Part shown: positions 50,367 through 62,176 of the stretch, piece by piece
How positions within the stretch are numbered: position 1 is the first letter of the stretch
Layout of the letters: the number at the start of each line of letters is the position of its first letter
Assembly (NCBI GenBank): GCA_043228905.1
Contig: JBHGNT010000007.1
Location: forward strand, 18,476,001 to 18,540,000
Direction of reading: 5' to 3'
DNA: 64,000 nucleotides
DNA from: Azolla caroliniana
Lineage: Eukaryota > Plantae > Polypodiophyta
Position numbers and translations under genes: made by a program
Notes under the pieces: generated by a model
What the model saw: the letters and a program-made list of their open reading frames with translations, nothing else
The model's database searches: none
What the model was told of the DNA's origin: nothing

Positions 50367-52876
50367 ATGGAGGGAGATAGTACTAGCATCACATTGCGGC
50401 GCATCGCACCATTCTTTGACAAGTACTCTGACAAAGTTAAAGAGACTTTGGTCCAATGACCTTCGTGACCATGGGATCCCTAGTGCGTATGTGAAAGCAG
50501 TGGTTGACCAATGGGGTTGTCAAGTTGTGTCGAGGTTAACTCCATCTAACATGGAGGGGACAAGTGTCATGAAATATAAAAAGCCTAGACCCATAGAAGT
50601 GATCAAGATAGAGGCCCATAAGGTTGATGATACGCTCATTGATGTTCAATTGAGGTATCACACACGCTTCCGTACAAGGGCCACAAGGGGTGCACATGTG
50701 ACTAGGTATAATTGTCACTGATTTGGCGTGGCCAACAAGCAATATCCGTGCACTTGACATAGAAAGCATTCATCCCGATGTGGGTGTACTTTTCATGTGA
50801 ACACTCGAGTGAATGGCAGAGTTGACCATGGGACAATGACCCTTTCAATATAGTGACATCATACGGGTCATGTACCGGGAAGTAGACCAGATGTGTACTA
50901 TTTGCCGGTGGCCCCAAATGTTATAAGTTGTTGCAGAGATGACCTTTTTGATGTTGGTTGCACATGACATGTGGCACGGATGAGCATGCAGAAGGAAGCA
51001 TACCACGAGTCCAAGGCTAGTCCATTAGACCTTGTGATTTATAGGTTCTTTATGATGCCAAAGGAGGTCCATAACATGGCCAACAAGTTAAAATTTGGGA
51101 GTGCCATGTCAACAATTGATTGGTTTTTGATGATGCAAGATACATATGCCCTCCAAGATCTTGGGAAGGTGGCTAATGTCGAACCCTACTTGCCTGGTGA
51201 ATATGGATATTCCGCAAGGCAACCGTTCATCTTGGTGATCCAAGATGAATGGATGTTAGAGATGTGTGAGCAATTGTCAATAAACAACTATTGAGCAATC
51301 GACTCCACGTTTAAAACAAACCAATTTGGATTGCCATTATATGTAGTTGTGGCCCCAAATGCCATAGGAGTTGGTATCCCATTATGGTAGTAACATGATA
51401 TGTAGTTCTGATAAGCGGTCTAACCATGAGCAAGTAGCTTTAGAAACTTGCTTGAGAGTCATATTCGCACGGATGCCCAATGTGAGGCCAAATGCCATAG
51501 TCATCGATCAAAGTTGGACATACATAATGCCATAAGTAATGTGGTTGCAACAGACTGATTATCTTGGATAGTTACAAATGGGCAAAGGTTGCAAACACAT
51601 TGTTGACTTTTGTTGTGTCAGTTCCACGCAAAAAAAGCATGGTTGAACAAGTTGTTGCCAAAGGTAAGTGCAATTGAGAGAAAACATCGTTATAATCGGA
51701 TGCGCCAACTCATGCAATGCATTACAGAGTCCACATTCAATGCCCAATGTGAGGAGTTAAAGGTAGAATATGCAAACAAGCCAAGTGTTTGGCAATATAT
51801 AGAAGGAGGATGGCGTGGCTTGACATGTGTGTGGAGGAAATTGTGGCCCAAATTTGGTAGAATGTTCAACTACGGACATGTTGACACTACCAATCTTGTG
51901 GAGCCTTGAGAGAGAGGATAAACTGATCAATTACTGATCTTGTGCATGTTTTAATCGAGGCCAATCAAACTGGCACTTGCATGGGGGGTACTGTTATTGA
52001 ATGGTACAATCAACAACAGGAAATATGTGAGAGTGGTAGATTTGCACCCCGTGCAAATTGTAGGGATCAAACAACAAGACTTAAAGAGGCCGAGGGCTAC
52101 TAGAGAGGTATGAAACTAATGATGCGACAATGCATATTGTGGACGAGCCCCGATATTGGTTTAAAATATTGCGCTTGACAAAACTGAATGTATGGTATAA
52201 TGTATCACTCCAATGCTCATATTGTGATTGCCAAGACCCTACGAGTAAATGTAAGCATATACTCAACATCAGGATGATTATTGAGAGGCACATGCCACAT
52301 CTATGTGGGTCGTTGCCTTTTATAGATCATGCAACCCATATGCACAATGACCATTTCACAGATATGGAAGTGGAGACAGAGGTAGAACTGGTCGAGGAGA
52401 CAAACTCTATAGCATCACAAATAGAGGAATGGGAGTCGAAATTACAAACGGTTGAGAGAGCTATTCAATTTCTCAGGAAAGGGTTAATACGATCCCTCGA
52501 CCGTGCAACAATTTTGGCATGTATGGAGTCCATTGAAGAAATGAGTCAAACGGTGGTGTATCACGCAGGTGCACCGAAACCAACCAATGAAGAAGACCGT
52601 GGATCCATAAGGCGTAAGCAAGCAATTGGTGCAAACAGGGGAGCATCAGTCAACATTTCACGAGATCTTATTGGCAGCTCCCCAAACACTTCCAAGGCAC
52701 ACACCGAAAAAATGCAAAGAGGCGCAAGTCGAGCTAAGAGGCGGTTGCCAATATGTGCGACAGAGAAGATTCAATGCTTGCATTGCGATGCCTTGACCTT
52801 TAGATCAAGGGATTCAAATGTTGATTGTTGCAAGAATTGTGGCCGCATCTTGCCATCATCTCCAGATGAGCCATAA
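50367..52876 (+). pseudogene. MULE (mudrA-like) transposase with SWIM zinc finger, disrupted
   Basis: AIDSTFKTNQFGLPLY (first catalytic D), IVIDQ, LCQFHAKKAW, DTTNLVE, SWIM CDCQDPTSKCKHIL and a C-terminal CLHC...CKNC zinc ribbon. Several stops and frameshifts. Confidence 0.88.
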
Positions 52877-52969
52877 ACATAACTTGAGTGGTTTTGCGGA
52901 CCGGTGCATTTGGGTTTACAATGTTTAAAGTGGATTTATGTTGATTTACGAGTGCATTTGGGAGTATGT

Positions 52970-53090
52970 CATATGTTGATTTATGTTTTAAGTTTCCTGT
53001 TTCAAGTATGTTGGTTGATGTTTTAAGTTTCCTGTTTCAAGTATGTTGATTTATGTTTTAAGTTTCATGTTTTAACTTTTATGTTTTAAG
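52970..53090. repeat. ~36-bp tandem repeat, ~3 copies
   Basis: GTATGTTG(A/G)TT(T/G)ATGTTTTAAGTTTCCTGTTTCAA repeated. Confidence 0.75.
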
Positions 53091-53470
53091 ATGATTATTT
53101 GTTTTATGTTAAGTATGGTGAAGATAGTTGATTTTGAATAATTTAAGGTTGGATTTTGTGGCTCTTTGATATGTTATTGTAAGTTTTAAAGGTAATGATC
53201 AAGCTTATTTGAAGATTTTGGTCGAAATGATACGTTTGGTTGGGCGACCTGCAAACGTCAGGGTTGGGTGACCTACAACGGTTGGGCGACTTGCAACGGT
53301 CAGAGTTGTGCGACCAACGACATCATTTTTTTCCGCGCGTTCTTCCTTATCGAAATCTGAAGGTGCAGATCACACGCGCGTTTGTTCTAAGCGACCTGCA
53401 CACACACCGTCTGTGGCTACGATTCCCTAGCCAGCCCTATTTTTATGATTTGATGCAGAATAGACACGAG

Positions 53471-53720
53471 CTATACATATATATGTATACGAGCTATACA
53501 TATACATATACATATACTGTTATACATATACTATTATACATATACATATACATATACATATACTGTTATACATATAAATATACATATACATATACATATA
53601 CTGTATACATATACATATACATATATTCACACGTACATGAATACATACTACATGTAGAGACAGAGACAGAGACAGACAGATTCAGAGACAGAGACAGAGA
53701 CAGAGACAGAGTGTGTGTGT
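53471..53720. repeat. Compound microsatellite (TATACA)n / (GAGACA)n / (GT)n
   Basis: Seen directly between element B and the PPR gene. Confidence 0.9.
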
Positions 53721-54023
53721 TTTCTGTTGTTTGGGCAGTTAGATTATTGTTTCGAGGGTCAGGTCAATCAACGAGTCCATCAGCACACACACACACAGTT
53801 GATGGAGAACAGGGTCTCGGAATGGGAAAGAAGAAGAAGAGCGGCAGACGTAGGAGGAGGAGGAGGAGGAGGAAAGAGAAGAATCAGAAGAACCAAGACA
53901 CAAACATGGCATTATCCATATAACTCGGTAATCACCCATCCACCAGGGTGATATTGAACATTTGGCTTACATATTCTGTTCCCCCTCTCCACGAACAATC
54001 GAGAAAACCTAGCAACCATAGGG

Positions 54024-56936
54024 ATGAAGACCTATGGTTGGACATCTCTCACCTTAGAACAGATATTCCCTTACCTACAGGAAGAGATACTTCTTCCACT
54101 ACCGTCATTTGATAAGTTTCGCTTCGTCATAAATAAGTGCAGGCAAGAAAGAGACCAGAATTACGGTCTCCGGGTGTATGATTTGTTGCAAACACGAAGA
54201 TTTGAAACGGATGGAGCATTAGGGAATTATGTTGTTCCGATGCTAGTTGAAATTGGGAGCATTCCAGAAGCTCAGCATGTGTTTAATAGATTGATTTACC
54301 CAAATGAGTGTTCATGGGAAGCTCTCATAAGTGGTTATATCAATTGTGGTAGCTTACAATGTGCTCTTTCTCTATACCGGCGAAAGAATGAATCAATTCG
54401 ACTGAATGATCACATATTGGCATCTTTAGTGAAAACTTGTGCTAAGCTAAAAGATCTCGGAAGTGGTATAAAAGTGCATGACGAGATCTCTAGAATCGGT
54501 CATCTCACAAGAGACCATTTCCTAGGTTGCATGTTGGTTAATATGTATGGGAAATGTGGGTCCATTGTGAAAGCACAGAAAGTATTTGATGAGCTTTGTT
54601 GTCGAGATGTTGTCTCATGGACCACACTTATTTCAGTATACACTGGAAATGGTGATGGTAAAGAAGCTCTTCGTTGTTTTAAACAGATGCAATATGAGGG
54701 CATTTTTCCGAATTCGGCCACATTTGTGAGCATTCTCATGGCGTGTGGAGATCTAGGAGCTATAGAAGAAGGAAGAAAGATACATGTCGATATCGAACAT
54801 GAAGGGTTACTAGGGGCAGACCTTGTTGGCAATACATTGATACGAATGTATGTGAAATGTGGTGTCCTTTCTATAGCAAGGCAGGTATTTAATAAGCTTC
54901 CAATCAATGATGTTGCTTCTTGGAATGTTTTGCTCACTGGATATTCTGAGCATGGGTTCAGTGAAGAAGCAATACAGTGTTTTGAGCATATGCGCCACAA
55001 TGGTGTGTGCCCAAATGCTGTTTCTTATGTTTGTGCCTTGAAATCTTGTGGAAGCATAGGTGATGCACAGAAGGGTGGAGAATTGCATGCTGAAATTGGA
55101 AGACTCAGGTTTGTTGAGAATAACCTTTTTGTTAGTTCTGCATTGATCGATATGTATGCCAAATGTGGGGCTCTTTCAAAAGCTCAAGAAGTTTTTGAGG
55201 AAGTGCCAGCTCAGGACGTGGTTTCTTGGACTGCTCTAGTCACTGGGTATGCGAATGAGGGTCTTGGTGATAAAGCCCTTCAGCACTTCAAACGAATGCG
55301 TGTAGAGGGCATCATTCCAAACTCGGTGACTTTTATATCTTGCTTGAATGCTTGCGGCAGCATCGGGGCCCTGGAGAAGGGCCAAGAAATACATGTTGAG
55401 ATTGAAAGACGAGGATTTCTGGAGAGAGATTGCATGGTGGGAAACACTTTGCTAGATATGTATGCCAAATGTGGCTCATTGGTTATGGCACAAGAGGTAT
55501 TCAATGAACTTCTAGTTCAAGATGTAGTCTCATGGAATGCACTGATTGGAGGATATGCTGAACATGGGCATGCTTTAGATGTCCTTCAGGGTTTTGAAGA
55601 AATGCAACTTCAGGGTGTCTGCCCAAATGCTGTCACATTCATTCACAGTTTGAAAGCTTGTAGTACCATAGATGATGTGGAAAAGGCTGAGGAAATACAT
55701 TTTGAAATTGAGAGAAGGGGATTATTGGAAAGAGAATTGATTGGGAATACTTTGGTCAGTATGTATGCAAAATGTGGTTTGCTTTCTAAATCACAACAAG
55801 TGTTCGAGACACTACAAGTTCGAGATGTAGTTTCTTGGACATCATTAATTGCAGGGTATGCTGAACATGTGGATGGAGAAAGAGCTCTTACATGCTTTGA
55901 GCAAATGCAAGTGGAGGGTGTTACCCCAAATGCTGTAGCGCTTATTTGTGCGTTAAAAGCTTGTAGTAATCTAGGGGCACCAGAGAAGGGGCAGACTATA
56001 CATGCTGAGATCGAAAGGCAAGGTCTACTGGAAAGTGACATAGTTGTTGGCAATAGTTTGGTTGATATGTATGCTAGATGTGGCTTATTTGCTATAGCAC
56101 AAGAAGTATTTGATAAGATTCCTGTTCGAGATGTTATCTCCTGGAATGCCCTAATTACTGGCTATGCTGAACACGGCCACATTGATGATGTTCTCAAGTG
56201 TTTCGATCAGATGCACCTTGCAGGGATCTCCCCAAATTATGTCACGTTTGTGTGCTGCTTGAAAGCTTGTGCCAGCATAGGAGCAATAGATAAAGGTAAT
56301 GAAATACATGCAGCAGTTGAAAGGCGGGGTTTACTTGCAAAAGATCCAATTGGCAACACCTTGGTCAGTATGTATGCGAAATGTGGCTTGCTTGGAAAAG
56401 CGCAACAAGTGTTTGATAAGCTTCCGATACGAGATGTTGTGACATGGACGGCGTTGATGTCAGGATATGCTCATATTGGAGAAAGTCTTAATGTTTTCCA
56501 TCATTTTGATCGAATGCTAGGAGAAGGTGTAAAGCCCAATCCAGTAACATTTCTTGTTGTTCTTAATGCATGTTCACGAACAGGTCTATTTGGTAAATGC
56601 CAAACATACTTTGAGGCTATGAGTGAAGATCATGGCATGGTTCCAACGGTTGAGCATCTTAGTTGCGTGGTTGATGTCCTTGGCCGAGCTGGCCAAATAG
56701 ATGATGCTTTTACAATGGTAAAAAGAATGCCATTTTCTCCCAATCCAGTGTTATGGCACAGTATACTAGGTGCTTGTAAAAACTCTGGAAATATGAGTTT
56801 TGGGAAACATGTATTTGACCATGCAATGTGTTTGGATAACATGGATAGTGTTGCGTATCTCTACATGTCACAGATCTATGCAGCAGGTGAGTGTCATGAT
56901 CCAGGCAACAATATAAGCAATGCAAATTTAGAATGA
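54024..56936 (+). CDS. PLS-class PPR protein with E domain, no E+/DYW (970 aa)
   Basis: Intronless ORF with about eight P-L-S triplets (GNTLVSMYAKCG, DVVSWNALI.GYAEHG) and an E1-E2 region LWHSILGACKNSG...AYLYMSQIYA, followed by a short tail. Confidence 0.95.
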   Translation: MKTYGWTSLTLEQIFPYLQEEILLPLPSFDKFRFVINKCRQERDQNYGLRVYDLLQTRRFETDGALGNYVVPMLVEIGSIPEAQHVFNRLIYPNECSWEALISGYINCGSLQCALSLYRRKNESIRLNDHILASLVKTCAKLKDLGSGIKVHDEISRIGHLTRDHFLGCMLVNMYGKCGSIVKAQKVFDELCCRDVVSWTTLISVYTGNGDGKEALRCFKQMQYEGIFPNSATFVSILMACGDLGAIEEGRKIHVDIEHEGLLGADLVGNTLIRMYVKCGVLSIARQVFNKLPINDVASWNVLLTGYSEHGFSEEAIQCFEHMRHNGVCPNAVSYVCALKSCGSIGDAQKGGELHAEIGRLRFVENNLFVSSALIDMYAKCGALSKAQEVFEEVPAQDVVSWTALVTGYANEGLGDKALQHFKRMRVEGIIPNSVTFISCLNACGSIGALEKGQEIHVEIERRGFLERDCMVGNTLLDMYAKCGSLVMAQEVFNELLVQDVVSWNALIGGYAEHGHALDVLQGFEEMQLQGVCPNAVTFIHSLKACSTIDDVEKAEEIHFEIERRGLLERELIGNTLVSMYAKCGLLSKSQQVFETLQVRDVVSWTSLIAGYAEHVDGERALTCFEQMQVEGVTPNAVALICALKACSNLGAPEKGQTIHAEIERQGLLESDIVVGNSLVDMYARCGLFAIAQEVFDKIPVRDVISWNALITGYAEHGHIDDVLKCFDQMHLAGISPNYVTFVCCLKACASIGAIDKGNEIHAAVERRGLLAKDPIGNTLVSMYAKCGLLGKAQQVFDKLPIRDVVTWTALMSGYAHIGESLNVFHHFDRMLGEGVKPNPVTFLVVLNACSRTGLFGKCQTYFEAMSEDHGMVPTVEHLSCVVDVLGRAGQIDDAFTMVKRMPFSPNPVLWHSILGACKNSGNMSFGKHVFDHAMCLDNMDSVAYLYMSQIYAAGECHDPGNNISNANLE

Positions 56937-57560
56937 TTCTGTAAATTATTGCCATTATTTACGTTCATATGATATTCGACCCTTGTGCATGCCATTATCA
57001 TCTAAAGTGATGGTGTAGTTGTAAAACTTATGATTGGTAACCATAATGATATGTGCAAGGTCAGCTGAAACACAATGGGTAGTTATTTTTGTAAAGAATA
57101 TTTATGTTTTTACTTGGAGATTATTACTCTTTGACAATTCATTAACACTTTTATTCTTAGTGACAGCTTTATGAATATGTTTTATACCCACTCAAAAATG
57201 TGAAATAACACTACTAATAAAGTGGTCACACCAAGAGAGTGGGACTCGCTGGAGTATGTAATGTAGCACCATCTGCGTATATCAAGAGGAAATGTTTGAC
57301 AAGATTAAAAGAAAACCAAACATTTTAGCATCTTTATATTTACACAAAGAGCTTGCTCCTCATCGTGTCTTTTTCTTTTGAAGGGATTGGCCTCCCTAAT
57401 GCCAACAACTTTCCTTTGTTGAATAGGTAATGCCCCTCTGAAATAACATTGGTTTGTTCCTTTAGTTTGGTAGGTATACTAATGTCAATGTCAAGGGGTT
57501 TCTATTGCCCCTCAAAGTTTACTGTCGTATGTATATAGTAAGTTTTCACCAAAACCATTA

Positions 57561-57593
<33 letters not shown>

Positions 57594-58364
57594 ATGTATA
57601 TGTATTCACTTTGGGCCTATCCTTTTTGTCCGAGAAGAGTTTTGGGCAGTCCAATTTTGAGATTCATGTCATGCCAATCGTGAAACTATGGCATATCTCG
57701 CTTGGTTCACTTCGGGCCTATCCTTTTTGTTCACCCACTTTGCTTATATGCTCAAGCCAATAAGAGCTCACATCAACAATTTCCTTTTTCACAATCACTA
57801 TCAATTGACACAAGAATCTATGTTGATGACCCAATAAGGCACTCCACGTAAACAAAGTTCTTTGTGAAAGATTGGCAATAGGCTAGGCGAGACAACGAGT
57901 TGCTAGCTCCACTTTTCTAACACCCAATCCGAGAGAGTACGACATCATTGGGGCTTCTTCTTTTTTCTTGTTTGGCCTAGCCAAGAACCCATCTGCCAAA
58001 GCTTTTCTCACACCCAGTGACAACCAACCCACGAGATTCGACCTCGAGAACAGGCGAGATGAAAATTTGCAGCTGAAAGTGAGGCCCTTCCCGTCCTTCC
58101 TCAACACATTACAAATGACGCACTTTTCCGAGATTGATCCAAGGAGAGGCCACCAGATGACCGCCAAATAACACGAGTTTGTGGTGAGAGTAAGGGCCAA
58201 ATATGGAGGAGGGTTATAAAACTAAGGAAGATAAGTTAACTAAACATGGCAGCTTGCCCAGGGGTCACAACCATTAATTATGATCCACACACACACATAT
58301 GTATATATATATCTTTACTTCCTTCACTACCACTACTAATGTCTCTGTTTTTTGGGTAGGAGAG

Positions 58365-61300
58365 ATGATGATGAGTTTGGGTGTGGTGAGTGTGATCCAG
58401 CCTCCTCCAAGCACAGGTCTTGAACCCATCATCAAAACCCATCAATCCATTCAATCAATAAAATCTATTGACAGAAGAAGACAAAGAGGTGGAAATAACA
58501 CCATAAAAAACAACAATAATCTCCGTGTTTTCCTGACAAGAGATGGATGCGCTGCTAAAGGGATTGCCTTTGTCATGGGTTTATCTCTTCTTCTTCGCCC
58601 TGGAATCAGTAGCAATGGCGAATATGCTCATGCTTTTGATTTCTCTTCAGAATTTTTCCAGAAAACACCCACCATTGAAAAAGATCCAGTAGAACCTTTC
58701 ACACTCTACGGCAGCATCTTGTAGGTACCACTTCTTGTCTTCATTGTCATTTGGAAATATTTAATTAAATTTTATTTTTTCCAGTTTAAATCTGATGTTT
58801 TTCATGTGCGTATGTATTTGAGAGAGACATTTGTTGCTTATTCAACTTTAATTCTGGAGGGGCTTTATTTATATTTTACAGCATGAACTTGCCTTTGATT
58901 TTCTTTACCTTTTATTTTTATTTGTTTAGCTTTAATTCTGAAGACATTGTGTTGACTTCACCGCAAAGACCTATCTTCAATTTTCATTACATTTTATTTT
59001 CTTTTTCTAACTTTTATCCTTGAGATAATGCATTTATTTCACATCAAGAACTTGTCGTTGATTTTCAGTAGCTTAGTTTTTTTCTTTTTTAATTTTAGTT
59101 CTTGAGGTTTTGACTGATTTCACAGCAAGAACTTGTCTTTGATTTTTGCTAATTTGTTATGCCTTTTTCATTATTTCTTGAGATATTATGGTCTTGATTT
59201 CACAGTAAGAATTCGTCATTGATTTTCATTAGATTTGTTTTTTCCTTTTGTAGGTTAAATTTTCGAAATATTTGGCTGTTTTGACGGAAAAAATTTGCCT
59301 TTGCTTTTCATTAAATTTTATTTTCTTTTTATTTTTAATTCTAGAGGGATTTTGTTGATTTGCAAAGAACTTGTCTTTGACTATCATTAGTTTTGTTTAG
59401 CTTTTAAAACTTCCATTCTGGAGATATTGTGTTAATTTCACAACAAGAACTTGTCTTTGATTTACATTAGATTTGTTTAGTTTTTTAGCTTTAATTCTGG
59501 AGATATTATGTTGATTTCAGGAAATAAGTTTTTGTGGCAAGAAGTTGCCTTTAATTTTCGTTTTGATTTCATGGCAAGAAATTGCCTTTGATTTTCGTTA
59601 GCTTTATGAGATATTGCATTGATTTCACAGTGAGAACTTGTCTTTGATTTTCGTTAGTTTCATTTTTCCTTTCTCAGTTTTAGTTTTTGAGATATTGCAT
59701 TTTGATTTTACTGCCAGAACTTGGCTTTCATTTGCATTCGATTTTTTTCTTTTTTTAGCTTTAATCCTGGAGATATTGTGTTGATTTCATGACAAGAATT
59801 TGTCTTTGATTTTCATTAGCCTTTTTTAAGTTTAGCTTTAATTCTTGGGATATTGGGTTGATTTCAGAGCAACTTGTCATTGATTTTCACTCAGTTGTTT
59901 TTCTTTTTTAGCTTGAGATCTGGAGATATTGTGTTGATTTCGTTGCAAGAAATTATGTTTGATTGTCTTTAGATGTTTTTGTGTTTTTAGCTTTAATTTG
60001 GAGAAATGGTCTTGATTTCACAAGAAGAATTGGTCTTTGATTTTCCTTTTTTTCTTTTTAGCTTTAATTTTTGAGATATTGTGTGGATTCATGGCAAGAA
60101 ATTGTCTTTGATTTTCACTAGGTTTTTTTTCATTTTTAGAGTAAATTCTGTAGATGATGTGTTGATGCCATTGCAAGAAATTATGTGTGATTTCCATTAG
60201 TATATTTTTCTTTCTTAGCTGTAATTCTGGAGATATTGTGTTGATTTCACAAAAAAAACTGGACTTCGATTTTCATTAGATTTATTTTGCTTTTTAACTT
60301 TAGTTCTTGGGATATTTTGTTGATTTAGTGGCAAGAACTTGTCTTTAAGTATCATTAGTTCTTTTTACTTTTTAGATTTAATTCTGGAGTTATTTTCACT
60401 GCAAGGACTTGTCTTCTATTTTCATGAGATTTGTTTTTGCCTTTTTTGCTTTATTTAGTTCTGGAGATATTGTGTTGATTTCAAAGCAAGAACTTGGCTT
60501 TGATTTTCATTAGATTTGCTTTTCTTTTTTAGTTTTAATTCTGCAGATATTATGTTACTTCACTATAAGAACCTATCTTTTGATTTGTGTTTTTTATTTA
60601 GGTTTTTAAACCATCTTAAACTCTATGGAGATATTATGCTGATTTTAGAGCAAGAGCGTCTTGTCTTTGGTTTTTCTATTTTTTTGTCCATCTTTAAATC
60701 GACTCTTATGGAGATATAGTGTCAATTTTAGAGGAAGAACTTATCTCATATTTGCATTTGAACTTCTTCTTCCTCTTTTTTGTTTTCTTCATCTTTTATG
60801 GAAAGATTATGTCGATAGTAAGTCTTTTCTTTCAAGTTTTTGATTTTTCCCTTCTCTTACCATTCTTTAAATCTGTTCTTATGGAGAGTTTGTATTGTTT
60901 TTTAGCAAGAAATACTTCCTGGAAAACCTTGTGGATGGGAAGGTTGTGTCAAGGAAAAAGGGTTTTACATCTACAGCTTGGTAACTTTGTTTCGTCCTCA
61001 TTTCATTTGTCGATTAGGTACTTTAGAACTGGAATGAACCAACACTTGCTTATATTTTTAATAAAACATTGTAATTGTATAAATGCTTTTAGGTGATATG
61101 GTTGAAAACATTGATGCACAGAGTACACATTCGTATTAATCACATTCAAAATAGTTAAAACATGTATCATATGTGTGTCAATACAACCATGCATTATATC
61201 TGTGGGATAGATCTTACCTAAGTAATTATACAAGGGGCTTTAAAGAAATAAAAAACATGAAAATAATGAAGACTAGTTTTACTTGGCTTTTTATCTTAGG

Positions 61301-62176
61301 ATTTCTCATATAATAAGGAAATGCCAGTAATCCTTAGATTGGCAACTGACAAAATATGTCCCTTTTTTTTTTATGCAGTGTAAATGCTTTGGATGCCTCC
61401 CAGGAAACTCCTGAACTACAGGGAATTCCAGGTGGGTTGAAGGTATTTCTTCTATCTAGGCAATGGATTTGTACAAAAAAACCTTTTGGTTCTCACCAAA
61501 TGTTAATGACCTCTCTTTATTTTCATCTTTCTTCCATATCGGGTCACTGATCTCGCTGATAATTGGCTTAGACCCAATGGAATGCTGCTTTACCAATTTT
61601 GTAATCCCGTTGTATTTTTCATTTGTTTTGGATTAATTTCACGGAGGACATACATGCTTGTACAGTGTCTCAAAGAGTAAGTAGTATATAGGTCAGATTC
61701 TACGTGAAGAATAGGACCAAATTTTGTATCTATCTTCCTTTCCAGGTTTTTATCAATGGAGACCCACTGTGCTCGAAGAGCGAGGGGAAGACTAGGGAAG
61801 AAACATGCCCGCTTGCGTGCACAAGCGCATGCCGAAGAGCTATCCGTCAACATCTCAAGGAAGTTACAGAGGAAACAGGGTATGTGCTCGATTCGAAGGA
61901 TACTGACAAGGTTATGGAGGCTTGTAGTAACCAATGTACTAATGAATGTAAGTTTCCTTTGCTTTAACTCAATCAAATATGTCGGTAACCGCCATTTTTG
62001 CTTACAATTGAGATGATTTAACTTATTGAAATGGACCATGCTTTCTTTATGTTAATTGCATTGAGATAAATTATCATTTTGTCGATGGGAAGATTAGATA
62101 TAATAATGCATAGTTTGTAGGTCTGAAGCCAGGAAAAACTACTTCATTTATCTATCCTTTTCGACCAAGCAAGTAA
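58365..62176 (+). CDS. Uncharacterised Cys-rich protein with a probable bipartite chloroplast/thylakoid-lumen transit peptide, 5 exons
   Basis: Exons 58365-58720, 60906-60980, 61379-61442, 61746-61947 and 62121-62176 join in frame with GT-AG borders: ...GIAFVMGLSLLLRPG...AHA|FDFSSEFFQKTPTIEKDPVEPFTLYGSIFKKYFLENLVDGKVVSRKKGFTSTACVNALD...CSKSEG...CPLACTSAC...CSNQCTNECLKPGKTTSFIYPFRPSK*. Confidence 0.8.
58850..60915 (+). repeat. ~78-bp degenerate tandem array (roughly 25 units) filling intron 1
   Basis: Consensus about TTAGCTTTAATTCTGGAGATATTGTGTTGATTTCA(C/T)(A/G)GCAAGAACTTGTCTTTGATTTTCATTAGATTTG(T)n. CTGGAGATATT anchors at about 59418, 59497, 59767, 59920, 60228 and 60462 fit a 74-79-bp period. 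Confidence 0.9.

Larger units (their letters stand above)
45351..53468 (+). mobile_element. Mutator-like element B (~8.1 kb) with mudrA-like transposase and Ulp1-like protease genes, decayed
   Basis: ~155-bp imperfect TIRs: CGTGTCTATT...CAAATCATAAA...GGGAATC(A/G)T(G/A)GCCACA...GTCGCTTAGA...GGTCGC at 45351-45506, inverted at ~53303-53468. GGTCGCCCAAC repeat clusters at 45494-45620, 49770-50052 and 53238-53315. TA-rich microsatellites lie on both sides. Confidence 0.85.

Noticed and set aside
53240-53923. 227-aa ORF
   Set aside because: It runs across the MULE TIR and microsatellites (YTYT, ETET, RDRD) and is a low-complexity artefact.
57600-58200. Possible LINE ORF1 remnant or small gene on the minus strand
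   Set aside because: Only a faint motif (ILVSID) with no RT, endonuclease, poly-A tail or TSD, so I cannot support it.
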